From Candidatus Omnitrophota bacterium (GTDB taxonomy: Bacteria > Omnitrophota > Gorgyraeia > Duberdicusellales > 4484-171), in NCBI GenBank assembly GCA_028692655.1, contig JAQUWY010000006.1:728-64727 (forward strand): DNA of 64,000 nucleotides. The letters run 5' to 3'. Under the pieces are notes generated by a model. That model had not been told where the DNA came from. It did no database searches and was given only the letters and a program-made list of their open reading frames with translations. This document shows, piece after piece, positions 9,301-17,588 of this stretch; within the stretch, counting starts at the first letter, position 1, and the number at the start of each line of letters is the position of its first letter. The translations under genes were made by a program, and so were the position numbers.

Positions 9301-9797
9301 AGAGCCAGGAAACTCTTATCTGCGGCGTGGTGGAGAAAGCCAGGATAATCACTACCCGGAGAAAAAATGAGCGTATGGCGATATTAAAAATTGAGGATGA
9401 AACTGCCAGTATCGAGGTTTTTGTTTTTCCCCGCTTATTTGAGGAAACTTCCCTTTATTTACGAGAAAAGGCGGTTTTAGTGCTTAAAGGCCAAGTAGAA
9501 TCTAAGGAGAAAGTCCCTAAGATATTGGCCTCCAAGATTATACCAATAGAAAAGATAACTGAAAATATCAAAGAAGTGAATATAGCTATCGTTGACAATA
9601 AGCTTCCTCTGGAGAAGCTTAAGAAGATTTTTATCGATAATAGCGGCACTATCCCGGTGTCTTTTTCCTTCAAAGGCTCAAAGTTTGGGGCAGTTAAGGT
9701 CAAAACCGGTAAAAATTTCTCTATTGGGGCCAATGAGCAAGCGTTAAAAGATGTTGGTTTAGTGGTAGGGGAAAAAAATTTGTCCTTGACACTATAA
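6393..9797 (+). CDS. dnaE: DNA polymerase III alpha subunit
   Basis: 1134 aa; PHP domain FVHLHVHTQYSLLDGA, polymerase core motifs (GPGRGSAAGS, DIDIDF), OB-fold C-terminus. Confidence 0.95.
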   Translation: MEHSDFVHLHVHTQYSLLDGACILERLVDKAVEFKMPALAMTDHGNLFGAIRFYNLCVKKGVKPIIGCEVYVASGSRLNREYKPGADDNYHLILLAKDEKGYANLVRLVSLAHLEGFYYKPRVDKEILSAYSQGLIASSACLKGEIPSRILADDMQKAYKLTDEYLNIFGKGNFYLEIMENELPEQKKINKGLIKIGKDLDVPLIATNDIHYLEKDEAFAHEALLAIQTQTTLSDPNRFKFNSNTFYFRSPQEMRAVFSEVPQAIKNTLEVMQKCNLTMDFSKIHLPNFPLPQGETDFNYLKTTCYKNISQRYPKAEKSVKERLDYELNVIEKTGFSSYFLIIWDLVKFAKENHIPVGPGRGSAAGSIVSYLLHITDVDPLNYELLFERFLNPERISMPDIDIDFCYEKRSQVLEYVSNKYGKDCVAQIVTFGTMQARAVVRDVGRVMSFSYSEVDKIAKMIPYGPGQHTDLKSALSASPELADVYRSNPNIKKLIDVAMQLEGLSRHASTHAAGVVISDRPIIDRVPLIRGSEGEAVTGFDMSSLEKTGMLKMDFLGLKTLTVIEQAIKIIKRTKSEDINIGEIPLNDKKTFALLAKGDTVGVFQLESRGMRDILKKINPSKFEDLIAVLALYRPGPLGSGMVDDFIDRKQGRKNISYIHPQLETILKKTYGIILYQEQIMQIVSKLAGFDMARADLLRKAIGKKIPEIMDEQRQLFIDGCQKNNIPHGVAGQIFDLIDYFSGYGFNKSHSTAYALISYRTAYLKARYPIEFMAALLTSERNNTDKVVEYVNECERMKIKVLPPDINTSFTNFTVTGANDIRFGLIAIKNVGQAALESIISIRQQGNFKNIFDFCERVDSRVVNKKVIESLIKTGAMDSLGLKRSQMAAILDRLLNKATKKSDPSQLLLFVPPRDESVPDIEEWPLLQILSFEKSLLGIYLTDHPLHIYSGVVDYLPRRKIATFYEHQQSQETLICGVVEKARIITTRRKNERMAILKIEDETASIEVFVFPRLFEETSLYLREKAVLVLKGQVESKEKVPKILASKIIPIEKITENIKEVNIAIVDNKLPLEKLKKIFIDNSGTIPVSFSFKGSKFGAVKVKTGKNFSIGANEQALKDVGLVVGEKNLSLTL

Positions 9798-9820
9798 ATT
9801 GGGGCTGATAGACTTAACTC

Positions 9821-10093
9821 ATGAGGAAGCGCGATATAGTCCTTAAAATTAGCCAAGATACAGAAATAAAGCAGGTAGTGGTTAAGGATATTGTGCAGCG
9901 GACTTTTGATGCTATCCTCGAGGCTTTAAAAGAGGGAAAAAGGATTGAACTCAGAAATTTCGGAGTGTTCCAGACCAAAAAACGTAAAAAACGGATAGGC
10001 AGAAACCCCAAGACCGGCGAAGTGGTTCCGGTGCCGGAAAGGTTGACCGTTGTTTTTAAACCCGGTTTGGATATGAAGAAATTTATCAAATAA
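9821..10093 (+). CDS. HU/IHF-family nucleoid DNA-binding protein
   Basis: 90 aa; ...ELRNFGVFQTKKRKKRIGRNPKTGEVVPVPERLTVVFKPG matches the HU/IHF beta-arm signature (GF.F....R..R.GRNP.TGE...I.A). Confidence 0.85.
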   Translation: MRKRDIVLKISQDTEIKQVVVKDIVQRTFDAILEALKEGKRIELRNFGVFQTKKRKKRIGRNPKTGEVVPVPERLTVVFKPGLDMKKFIK

Positions 10094-10170
10094 TTCCAGC
10101 CGCCTACAATGGATTTAAGTATCCTACCTTCCCAGGCAAATTTTTTATTGACAGCAGGAGGCAAAAATTA

Positions 10171-11457
10171 GTGAAAAATATGTATTCAAGTATACGTGGC
10201 ACTTCTGATTTTGACGGTTCAGACGCCTTTCTTTTTGGCAAGGTTAATCTGAAGTCCAAGTTTATTTTGAAGTCATTTGGATACGAAGAGATAATCTTGC
10301 CTCTTCTGGAAGAAGAAGGGTTATTTGCCAAAGGTGTCGGCCAGGGCACTGACATAGTCGAAAGGCAGATGTTTAAAATCGAAGGTAAAGATATAGTGCT
10401 GCGCCCGGAAGGAACAGCCCAGGTGGTGAGATATTACCTGCAAAATTCACTTAATAAAAAAAGCGATTTTTATAAATTTTTTTATACCGGGGCGATGTTC
10501 AGAGGTGAGCGGCCGCAAAAGGGTAGATTGCGCCAATTTCATCATATTGGAGCCGAAGCTATAGGTTCTAATAGTTTTTATCTGGACGCCGAGATTATTG
10601 ATTTAAGCCTTAAAATACTGGATTCAGTAGGGCTTAAAGAGAGAAAACTAATTATAAATTCTTTGGGATGTAAAAAAGATAAGGATAAGTTTATTGGCCT
10701 TCTTAAAGCTGATCTTGACAAGCGAAAAAAGTATCTTTGCGAAGATTGCCACATTAGATTAAATAAAAATCCTCTGCGAGTTTTGGATTGCAAAAATGAG
10801 GAGTGCCGGAAACAAATAAAAAGTTTTATGAAAATAGATTCTTATCCGCAGGATTATTTATGCCCGAGGTGTTTTGATGACTATAAAAATTTGATAGGTT
10901 TACTTGATGATTTGAGTATAAAATATATACTCGATCCGTGTCTTGTCCGCGGGCTCGACTACTATACTAATACCGTTTTTGAAATAACCTCCCTTGAATT
11001 AGGGGCGCAAAATGCCATCGGTGCCGGTGGACGATACAACGGCCTTATCAAATCTCTGGGCGGCCCGGATATTCCGGCGGTAGGTTTTGCTTTAGGAGTC
11101 GAGAGGATTCTTCTGGCTCTTGGCAGCACTTCTCTTGAGCCGGCTTTGGATATTTTTGTGGTTGTTTCCGGCCGCAGCCTTGAGAAGGTCGGATTCCAGA
11201 TAGTTCGAGAACTCAGGGAAGCAGGGGTTAATGCTGACCTCGATTTCTGCGGTAAATCCTTAAAAGGTCAAATGCGGCTGGCCCAGAAAAAGAAAGCCAG
11301 TTTTGCGCTTATAATCGGTGAGCAAGAGCTGGCGCAAGGTTCTGTTTTATTCAAGAATATGGTTAATTCTCAGCAGGAGAAGGTGGCAAGGTCAGGTATT
11401 CTGGATTATTGCGAAAAAAATATTATTTTTGGTGAGAGAGGAAGGTGTCAATGTTAA
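10171..11457 (+). CDS. hisS: Histidine--tRNA ligase
   Basis: Class II aaRS motifs: LRPEGTA, FRGERPQKGRLRQFHHIGAEAIG, GGRYNGL; C-terminal anticodon-binding domain; 428 aa. Confidence 0.9.
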   Translation: MKNMYSSIRGTSDFDGSDAFLFGKVNLKSKFILKSFGYEEIILPLLEEEGLFAKGVGQGTDIVERQMFKIEGKDIVLRPEGTAQVVRYYLQNSLNKKSDFYKFFYTGAMFRGERPQKGRLRQFHHIGAEAIGSNSFYLDAEIIDLSLKILDSVGLKERKLIINSLGCKKDKDKFIGLLKADLDKRKKYLCEDCHIRLNKNPLRVLDCKNEECRKQIKSFMKIDSYPQDYLCPRCFDDYKNLIGLLDDLSIKYILDPCLVRGLDYYTNTVFEITSLELGAQNAIGAGGRYNGLIKSLGGPDIPAVGFALGVERILLALGSTSLEPALDIFVVVSGRSLEKVGFQIVRELREAGVNADLDFCGKSLKGQMRLAQKKKASFALIIGEQELAQGSVLFKNMVNSQQEKVARSGILDYCEKNIIFGERGRCQC

Positions 11458-12833
11458 GAACTCATGATTGTGGCCAGTTGACCAAAGAGAATGTTGATAC
11501 TGAAGTGGTTTTGTGCGGTTGGGTTGCTTCCCGACGGGACCACGGAAAGCTTATTTTTATAGATATTAGGGATAGATATGGGCTCACTCAGGTTGTTTTT
11601 CTGCCTAAACCGGATGCCGTAACTTACGAAAAGGCGAAACGCTTGCGCTGTGAAGATGTTATTAAAGTTACCGGTAAAGTCGGTTTGCGGCCCCAGAAGA
11701 CTGAGAATCCCAAGATTTCTACGGGTTCTATAGAGGTTTGTGCTATGCAGTTAGAAATTCTTAATGAGGCTCAAGATTTGCCCTTTGTCGTCGATAATGA
11801 TGCAGAAGCCGGCGAAGAGGCGAGGTTTACGCATCGTTACCTGGATTTGCGCCGGCCAAAAATCTGCGAAAAAATGGTTTTACGGCATGACTTCAACCAA
11901 GCATTCAGGGGGTTTCTTAATGAAAGGAAATTTTTAGAAATAGAGACGCCTTTTCTTACAAAGTCAACTCCGGAAGGCGCCCGGGACTATCTGGTTCCTT
12001 CCCGCCTGAACCCCAACAAGTTTTATGCGCTTCCTCAATCTCCTCAGATATTCAAACAGATTCTTATGGCCGGAGGTATGGATAGGTATTACCAGATCGC
12101 CAGGTGCTTTAGGGATGAAGACCTGCGTAAAGACCGCCAACCGGAATTTACCCAGCTAGATATAGAGATGTCTTTTATCCAGGAGGAGGATATTATTTCT
12201 TTGACCGAAGAGATGTTCGCTTACGTCTTTGAGAAAGTTCTGGGAATCAAGATTAAAACTCCTTTTTTTCGTATTTCTTACGATGAAGCTATGAGTAAAT
12301 ACGGGAGTGATAAACCGGATATAGGAGAAGGCGACTATCGTTTCCTATGGGTTGTTGATTTCCCAATGTTTACCTCTGAGGCCGGCTCCCAAGAATTACA
12401 GGCATGCCATCACCCTTTCACTGCTCCCCGCATACAAGATGAGAATCTCTTGGAAACCGAGCCTTCAAAAGTTTTAGCCCGCGCCTACGACCTGGTGCTT
12501 AACGGTTCAGAGCTTGGCAGCGGGTCAATAAGGATTCATTCTTGCCTGCTTCAAAATAAGATATTTGAAATTCTCGGAATAAACCGGCAGTCGGCCGAAG
12601 AAAAGTTTGGTTTTCTTTTAAGAGCTTTTAAGTACGGAGCTCCGCCGCATGGAGGGATTGCTTTTGGGTTAGACCGCTTGTATGCTATAATAAGCGGGTC
12701 GGATAGCATACGTGAAGTGATAGCTTTTCCTAAAACTCAAAAAGGCACATGCCTTTTGAGTGACGCTCCTTCCGAAGTTGACGCAGAGCAGCTAAAAGAG
12801 CTGTATATAGATATAGTGAAAGCGCAAGAATAA
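11445..12833 (+). CDS. aspS: Aspartate--tRNA ligase, bacterial-type catalytic motifs but lacking the GAD insertion domain (462 aa)
   Basis: N-terminal OB fold (GWVASRRDHGKLIFIDIRDRYG), motif 2 FRDEDLRKDRQPEFTQLDIEMSF (near-identical to bacterial AspRS), motif 3 GGIAFGLDRL. Sequence runs directly from YGSDKPDIGEGD to YRFLWVVDFPMF, where E. coli AspRS carries the ~130-aa GAD domain. Confidence 0.88.
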   Translation: MSMLRTHDCGQLTKENVDTEVVLCGWVASRRDHGKLIFIDIRDRYGLTQVVFLPKPDAVTYEKAKRLRCEDVIKVTGKVGLRPQKTENPKISTGSIEVCAMQLEILNEAQDLPFVVDNDAEAGEEARFTHRYLDLRRPKICEKMVLRHDFNQAFRGFLNERKFLEIETPFLTKSTPEGARDYLVPSRLNPNKFYALPQSPQIFKQILMAGGMDRYYQIARCFRDEDLRKDRQPEFTQLDIEMSFIQEEDIISLTEEMFAYVFEKVLGIKIKTPFFRISYDEAMSKYGSDKPDIGEGDYRFLWVVDFPMFTSEAGSQELQACHHPFTAPRIQDENLLETEPSKVLARAYDLVLNGSELGSGSIRIHSCLLQNKIFEILGINRQSAEEKFGFLLRAFKYGAPPHGGIAFGLDRLYAIISGSDSIREVIAFPKTQKGTCLLSDAPSEVDAEQLKELYIDIVKAQE

Positions 12834-12871
12834 AAGGGTATGCAAAAAGGTTTAAGAAACAGGGGGGGTAT

Positions 12872-13363
12872 ATGAAATACTGGTTTCTAACAGGTATTTT
12901 TCTTATCAGTGGCTGCGTGGGTGTCAGGTCTTATACAATTGAAAAACCCAGGGTAGATACAACCATAGAAGGCAATCAAGGGTATTTAAGCGGTACGCCT
13001 AAAGGCAGGTCAAAGGTTAGCAGGTTAGGTGATACTCGTAAAATATCAGTGGTGGAAATTGAGCTGGGTTCCTCGAAGGTTAAGAAAGGTTCTTCGAATA
13101 TGGTTGAAGAAGAGGCTTTTATAGATCAAGAGATTGTTTATGATTCAGCCGGGATAGAGGAGATGGAAGTCAGCGAGTTTGTCGCCGAACAGGAATATAA
13201 AACATACACCGTGCAAAAGAATGATACTCTCCAGAAAATTTCCAAGAAATTTTACGGGACTACTAAAAAGTGGAAAATGCTTTTTGAAGCCAACCGGGAT
13301 ACTCTAAAAAGCCCTGACAGGCTTTATCCGGGGAAAAAGATCAAGATACCGGTTTTAAATTAA
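12872..13363 (+). CDS. LysM domain lipoprotein
   Basis: Lipobox-like N-terminus MKYWFLTGIFLISGC; C-terminal LysM (YTVQKNDTLQKISKKFYG...GKKIKIP). Confidence 0.7.
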   Translation: MKYWFLTGIFLISGCVGVRSYTIEKPRVDTTIEGNQGYLSGTPKGRSKVSRLGDTRKISVVEIELGSSKVKKGSSNMVEEEAFIDQEIVYDSAGIEEMEVSEFVAEQEYKTYTVQKNDTLQKISKKFYGTTKKWKMLFEANRDTLKSPDRLYPGKKIKIPVLN

Positions 13364-13367
13364 AAGC

Positions 13368-14342
13368 ATGCAGAAAATAGTTACCGTTGAAGATCCTTCT
13401 TACCTAAGCTATATTTTTGGGCCTAATGACGCCAATCTAAAGATTATAGAAGAAGAATTGGCTGTTTCGATTATGATTAATTCCGGAGGCATCCTTCTTA
13501 AAGGTTCCAAGGAGGGGGTTGATAGAACGGTATATATTATAAGAAAGATGACAGAACTGGCTAAAGAAGGATTCATTCTCAGCCAGCAGGAGCTTATCCG
13601 TTATCTGGGAACGAAAATTTCCGGCGCCCAAAAATCCAGTCCTGATGTCATTGATGCAAAGTTCGAAAAGCTCAGCGTCAAGGTTCCTCTCAGGAAAAAA
13701 CTGGTTTTTCCGAAAACTCAGGGCCAGGGTGAATATATACGAGCTATGCGTGAGTACGATATTGTTTTTTCTACCGGCCCTGCCGGTACCGGAAAAACAT
13801 ATTTAGCTATGGCCATGGCGGTAAATGCTCTTACTACTAATAGTGTGCGTAGGATAATTTTGACTCGCCCGGCTATTGAGGCCGGTGAATCTTTGGGATT
13901 CCTTCCTGGTGATATGAGGGAGAAACTTGGACCGTATCTTCGCCCGCTTTATGATGCGCTTTATGATATGATGGATGCTGAAGTAATTGAGAGCCACCTG
14001 GAAACGGGAATTATTGAGATTGTTCCCTTGGCTTATATGAGGGGCAGGACTTTAAATAGTGCTTTTGTTATACTGGATGAAGCTCAGAATTGTACTTGTG
14101 AACAGCTAAGGATGTTTCTTACTCGTTTAGGGTTTGACTCTAAGACTGTTATTACCGGAGACGTGACCCAGAGTGATTTACCGCAAGGCCAGCCCGGCGG
14201 GTTGCTGGAAGCCATAAATCTCCTAAAAGGGATAAAAGGTATAAAGTTTATCAATTTAGACAAGAAAGATGTGGTCAGGCATCCTTTGATACAAAAAATA
14301 ATTCAGGTTTATGAAAATTTCTACAATAAAAAAACAAATTAA
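13368..14342 (+). CDS. phoH: PhoH-family ATPase (KH domain + P-loop NTPase)
   Basis: Walker A GPAGTGKTYLAMAMAV, Walker B VILDEAQN; N-terminal KH-like region; conserved phoH-HD-ybeY gene order follows. Confidence 0.9.
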   Translation: MQKIVTVEDPSYLSYIFGPNDANLKIIEEELAVSIMINSGGILLKGSKEGVDRTVYIIRKMTELAKEGFILSQQELIRYLGTKISGAQKSSPDVIDAKFEKLSVKVPLRKKLVFPKTQGQGEYIRAMREYDIVFSTGPAGTGKTYLAMAMAVNALTTNSVRRIILTRPAIEAGESLGFLPGDMREKLGPYLRPLYDALYDMMDAEVIESHLETGIIEIVPLAYMRGRTLNSAFVILDEAQNCTCEQLRMFLTRLGFDSKTVITGDVTQSDLPQGQPGGLLEAINLLKGIKGIKFINLDKKDVVRHPLIQKIIQVYENFYNKKTN

Positions 14343-15672
14343 TTGGGCTAGTTTAGCGATAGGCCTGGCTTTTTTTGCTGTGATGAGCCTGGTATTTTTT
14401 ATTTACTCCGTGGATTTTTCTCTGTTAGTATTGGTTTTTGTTGTTTTTGTTTATGCAAAGTTTGTGCGCAAAGTGGAGAATCTTCCTTCGAATCTTGACC
14501 TTTCTATATTGGCAGCAATATCAATCCTTATCCCCCTAGTTGTAACTGCTGTTTTTAAAGTATCAGGTTATGTCATACCGGTTATAGGATTTGTGGTTTT
14601 GATTACTTTGCTATTTGACAGTTTAGAGCTGTCTTTTATTTTTGGTTTTCTTGTGTCTCTTCTGGGAGCCAGCATGTGTAATGACAATTTTAATATAGGT
14701 ATAAGTTTGCTTTGCGGTTCTATTGTCGCTGCCATGTTGACTTATCGTGTCAAGAGGCGGTCTCAGGTAATTCGAGCGGTTGTCTTGGCCGGATGCGTGC
14801 AGTTTTTTGTAGCTTTTATTATGGAGCGGGAACAGAGTTTTTTTGTTCTTCCGGCTTTGGATCTTAACCTGATAAGGATGATTTCTTTGAACGTTGCGCT
14901 ATCTTCGGCGATAGTATTAACTCTTCAGCCGATTTTTGAATATGTTTTCAGGGTGGTTACCAACATATCTTTGCTTGAGATGTCAGATTTTAACAATCCT
15001 TTGTTACGCAGGCTTATTCTGGAGGCCCCGGGGACTTATCAACATTCTTTAGTTGTGGCAAATCTGAGTGAAGCTGCCGCAGAATCTATAGGTGCCAATC
15101 CACTTTTAGCTAGAGTGGGAGCTTATTATCATGATATAGGTAAAATGCTTAAGCCGGAATATTTTGTTGAGAATTTAGTAAATTACAAAGACATACATAA
15201 GAAGTTAAAGCCTTCGATGAGTAAACTTATTATTTTTAACCATGTCAAAGACGGTTTGGATTTAGCCGCTAAGTACAAGATAAACCCCAAGATAGCCGAC
15301 TTTATTACTCAACACCATGGCCGTACACTAGTATATTATTTTTACCAACGGGCTAAAGAGTTGGAACCGGAAGGAAAACATGAAGAAGAGTATCGTTATC
15401 CCGGGCCCAAGCCGCAGAATAAAGAAACTGCTATAGTAGCTTTGGCTGATACAATCGAAGCCCTTTCCCGGACGCTGGAAGAACCCACTCCTTCCAGGAT
15501 TGAAGAAATGGTCCGTGAGGTTGTTAAAAAGAGGTTTATGGAAGGCGAACTAGATGAATGCAACCTTACTTTGAAGGATTTAGAAAAAATAACTCAAAGT
15601 TTTATCCGTATTTTAAACGCTGTGTTTCATGCCCGGATAAACTATCCTAAAGATGACTCCCACAAGCAGTAA
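14311..15672 (+). CDS. Membrane-anchored HD/HDIG-domain phosphohydrolase (7TM-HD, YqfF/PgpH-like, shortened)
   Basis: Multiple N-terminal hydrophobic helices followed by an HD domain (HSLVVANL..., YYHDIGK, FNHVKDG..., HHG); sits between phoH and ybeY as in the Bacillus yqfEFG arrangement. Confidence 0.8.
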   Translation: MKISTIKKQINWASLAIGLAFFAVMSLVFFIYSVDFSLLVLVFVVFVYAKFVRKVENLPSNLDLSILAAISILIPLVVTAVFKVSGYVIPVIGFVVLITLLFDSLELSFIFGFLVSLLGASMCNDNFNIGISLLCGSIVAAMLTYRVKRRSQVIRAVVLAGCVQFFVAFIMEREQSFFVLPALDLNLIRMISLNVALSSAIVLTLQPIFEYVFRVVTNISLLEMSDFNNPLLRRLILEAPGTYQHSLVVANLSEAAAESIGANPLLARVGAYYHDIGKMLKPEYFVENLVNYKDIHKKLKPSMSKLIIFNHVKDGLDLAAKYKINPKIADFITQHHGRTLVYYFYQRAKELEPEGKHEEEYRYPGPKPQNKETAIVALADTIEALSRTLEEPTPSRIEEMVREVVKKRFMEGELDECNLTLKDLEKITQSFIRILNAVFHARINYPKDDSHKQ

Positions 15673-15695
15673 TTTCTACTAGTTTAAGTTTTATC

Positions 15696-16163
15696 ATGGT
15701 AAATGCCCCGCGTGTTTTAAAAATAGATATAGTCAACCAACAGAGAATTAAGAAGATTGCAGTCAAAAAGCTCAAAGCTTCCCTGGAAGAATCAATGAGT
15801 TTTTTGGCCGGCCACCTTACGAAATTTTCTGGAAGCCGCTCTGGGAGTATTTCTGTAGTTCTCTGTGATAATAATTTTATTGCAGGGCTGAATAAGAAGT
15901 ACCTGAAGAAAAATACACCTACAGACGTAATCGCTTTTGAACTCAGAGATCCAGGTGTATCCGATTATATCGGGGAGGTTTTTGTTTCTGTGCAGGAAGC
16001 TGTTTTAAGGTCTCCTGAATACGGATTAACTTGGCAGAAAGAACTGACTCTTTATATTATTCACGGTATCTTGCATTTAGCCGGATATAGAGACAGCAAC
16101 AAAGAAGAAAGAAAAAGCATGGAAGCTAAACAGCAAGAAATCCTTAGAAAAATATTTGGTTAG
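15696..16163 (+). CDS. ybeY: rRNA maturation endoribonuclease YbeY
   Basis: HGILHLAGYRD zinc-binding motif (H..H.....H); 155 aa. Confidence 0.9.
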   Translation: MVNAPRVLKIDIVNQQRIKKIAVKKLKASLEESMSFLAGHLTKFSGSRSGSISVVLCDNNFIAGLNKKYLKKNTPTDVIAFELRDPGVSDYIGEVFVSVQEAVLRSPEYGLTWQKELTLYIIHGILHLAGYRDSNKEERKSMEAKQQEILRKIFG

Positions 16164-16243
16164 CGGTCTGCGGTGTTCGGTTTACGCAAAAGTTTTTAAA
16201 TGCCGATAACCGCTAACCTAAAACCGATAACCGTATAAAATCT

Positions 16244-16996
16244 ATGATCGAAAAAGACCTCGGATTTGTTTTAAAAAGACATAATTTCAGGGAAACCAGC
16301 TTGATTCTTACTCTTTATACTGCAAGATTTGGAAAAATAAGCGGTATATGCAAGGGGTTTTATTCAGGCAAAAAAGAATTTTCAGCCCATCTTGATACTT
16401 TCAGCCTTAATGAGTTTGTGTTTTACCCTAAACGTAATGAGATCTGGTTGATTTCTCATGCTGACCTCGTGTCTGATTTCTTTTTTTTGCGCAAGGATTT
16501 ATCCAAAATGCGGGTAGCGGCATTTTTGTTTAATGTAGTAGAAAAAGCCATGCCGCTTTGGGATGCTAATTATCAGATTTTTAACCTTATAAATTATTGC
16601 CTGAATCTGCTTTCAAAAGAAAAAGAAATGAAGGTGCTCTATCTGTTTTTGATAAAATTCCTGACCCTTTCCGGATTTAAACCGGAACTTGACCGCTGTA
16701 TATGCTGTGAAAACTCCTTGCAACAGGAGTCTTTATTCAGTATTTCCCGGGGAGGGTTTGTCTGCCGAAGGTGCTCTCATAGAGTAAAGGATATCCAGGT
16801 TATCAGCCAGCAGGCTTCCCGCTCCCTTGCCTATATACAAAAAACGGATTTTCCTTTGGTTTTAAGGCTTAATCCTACTGTTGCCTGCCAGGAAGATATT
16901 TTCTATATCTTAAGGGAATTTATGTCCTATCATTTTGATTTCAGTAATGCGGCCTATTCGAGTATTTTTAAAATTCCCCAAGCAGCCCTTAAATAA
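16244..16996 (+). CDS. recO: DNA repair protein RecO
   Basis: N-terminal OB fold (GFVLKRHNFRETSLILTLYTARFGKISGICKG) and C-terminal Cys4 zinc finger (CICCEN...CRRC). Confidence 0.85.
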   Translation: MIEKDLGFVLKRHNFRETSLILTLYTARFGKISGICKGFYSGKKEFSAHLDTFSLNEFVFYPKRNEIWLISHADLVSDFFFLRKDLSKMRVAAFLFNVVEKAMPLWDANYQIFNLINYCLNLLSKEKEMKVLYLFLIKFLTLSGFKPELDRCICCENSLQQESLFSISRGGFVCRRCSHRVKDIQVISQQASRSLAYIQKTDFPLVLRLNPTVACQEDIFYILREFMSYHFDFSNAAYSSIFKIPQAALK

Positions 16997-17038
16997 ATCA
17001 AAATGTGTAAAATTTAAAAAATTTGATATAATACCCCT

Positions 17039-17470
17039 ATGATTTACAAAGACAGGCTAACGCCATCGATTGAAAAAAAAGCAAAGAAAACTGCCGGCAA
17101 AACCTTTTCGGTAGCTGATATCGTTCCCGGTATTCTTCAGACAATTGCCTATGAGTATCCAAGCCAGCCGATAACCGTAGAGTTAAAAACTTGTGAGTTT
17201 ACCTGTGTATGCCCTTTTTCCGGCTTGCCTGATTTTGCCACTCTTATTATACGATATATTCCCGGAAAATACCTGGTTGAACTGAAGTCTTTGAAGTATT
17301 ACCTTTATTCCTTTCGGAATGTTAAGATTTATAATGAACATGCCGTTAACAAAATTCTCGAAGATCTGCTCAAGGCCTTAAGGCCGCGTGAAATTACGGT
17401 AATCGGAGAGTTTACTTCAAGAGGCGGCACAGAGAACAGGGTTACGGCTTTTCATAAGAGCCGGAAATAA
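17039..17470 (+). CDS. queF: NADPH-dependent 7-cyano-7-deazaguanine reductase
   Basis: YkvM-type QueF motifs: catalytic Cys in EFTCVCPFSGLPDF and the QueF motif ELKSLKYYLYSFRN. Confidence 0.9.
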   Translation: MIYKDRLTPSIEKKAKKTAGKTFSVADIVPGILQTIAYEYPSQPITVELKTCEFTCVCPFSGLPDFATLIIRYIPGKYLVELKSLKYYLYSFRNVKIYNEHAVNKILEDLLKALRPREITVIGEFTSRGGTENRVTAFHKSRK

Positions 17471-17588
17471 GGCTGCCTGTAAAATTAATAAATACACGGA
17501 AGTTCTTATCTGCCATTTTATTCCTTTTTACCCCTAAAGACAAGATATTGCCGTTTATGGCTCAAAGATTTCTTTCAGGAGGTTAGAA

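Noticed and set aside
10171-11457. Cys-rich segment in HisRS (CEDCHIRLNKNPLRVLDCKNEEC...CPRC) as a possible inserted zinc finger
   Set aside because: This corresponds to the normal HisRS insertion domain region, which in many bacterial HisS carries similar Cys pairs. It is not an unusual fusion.
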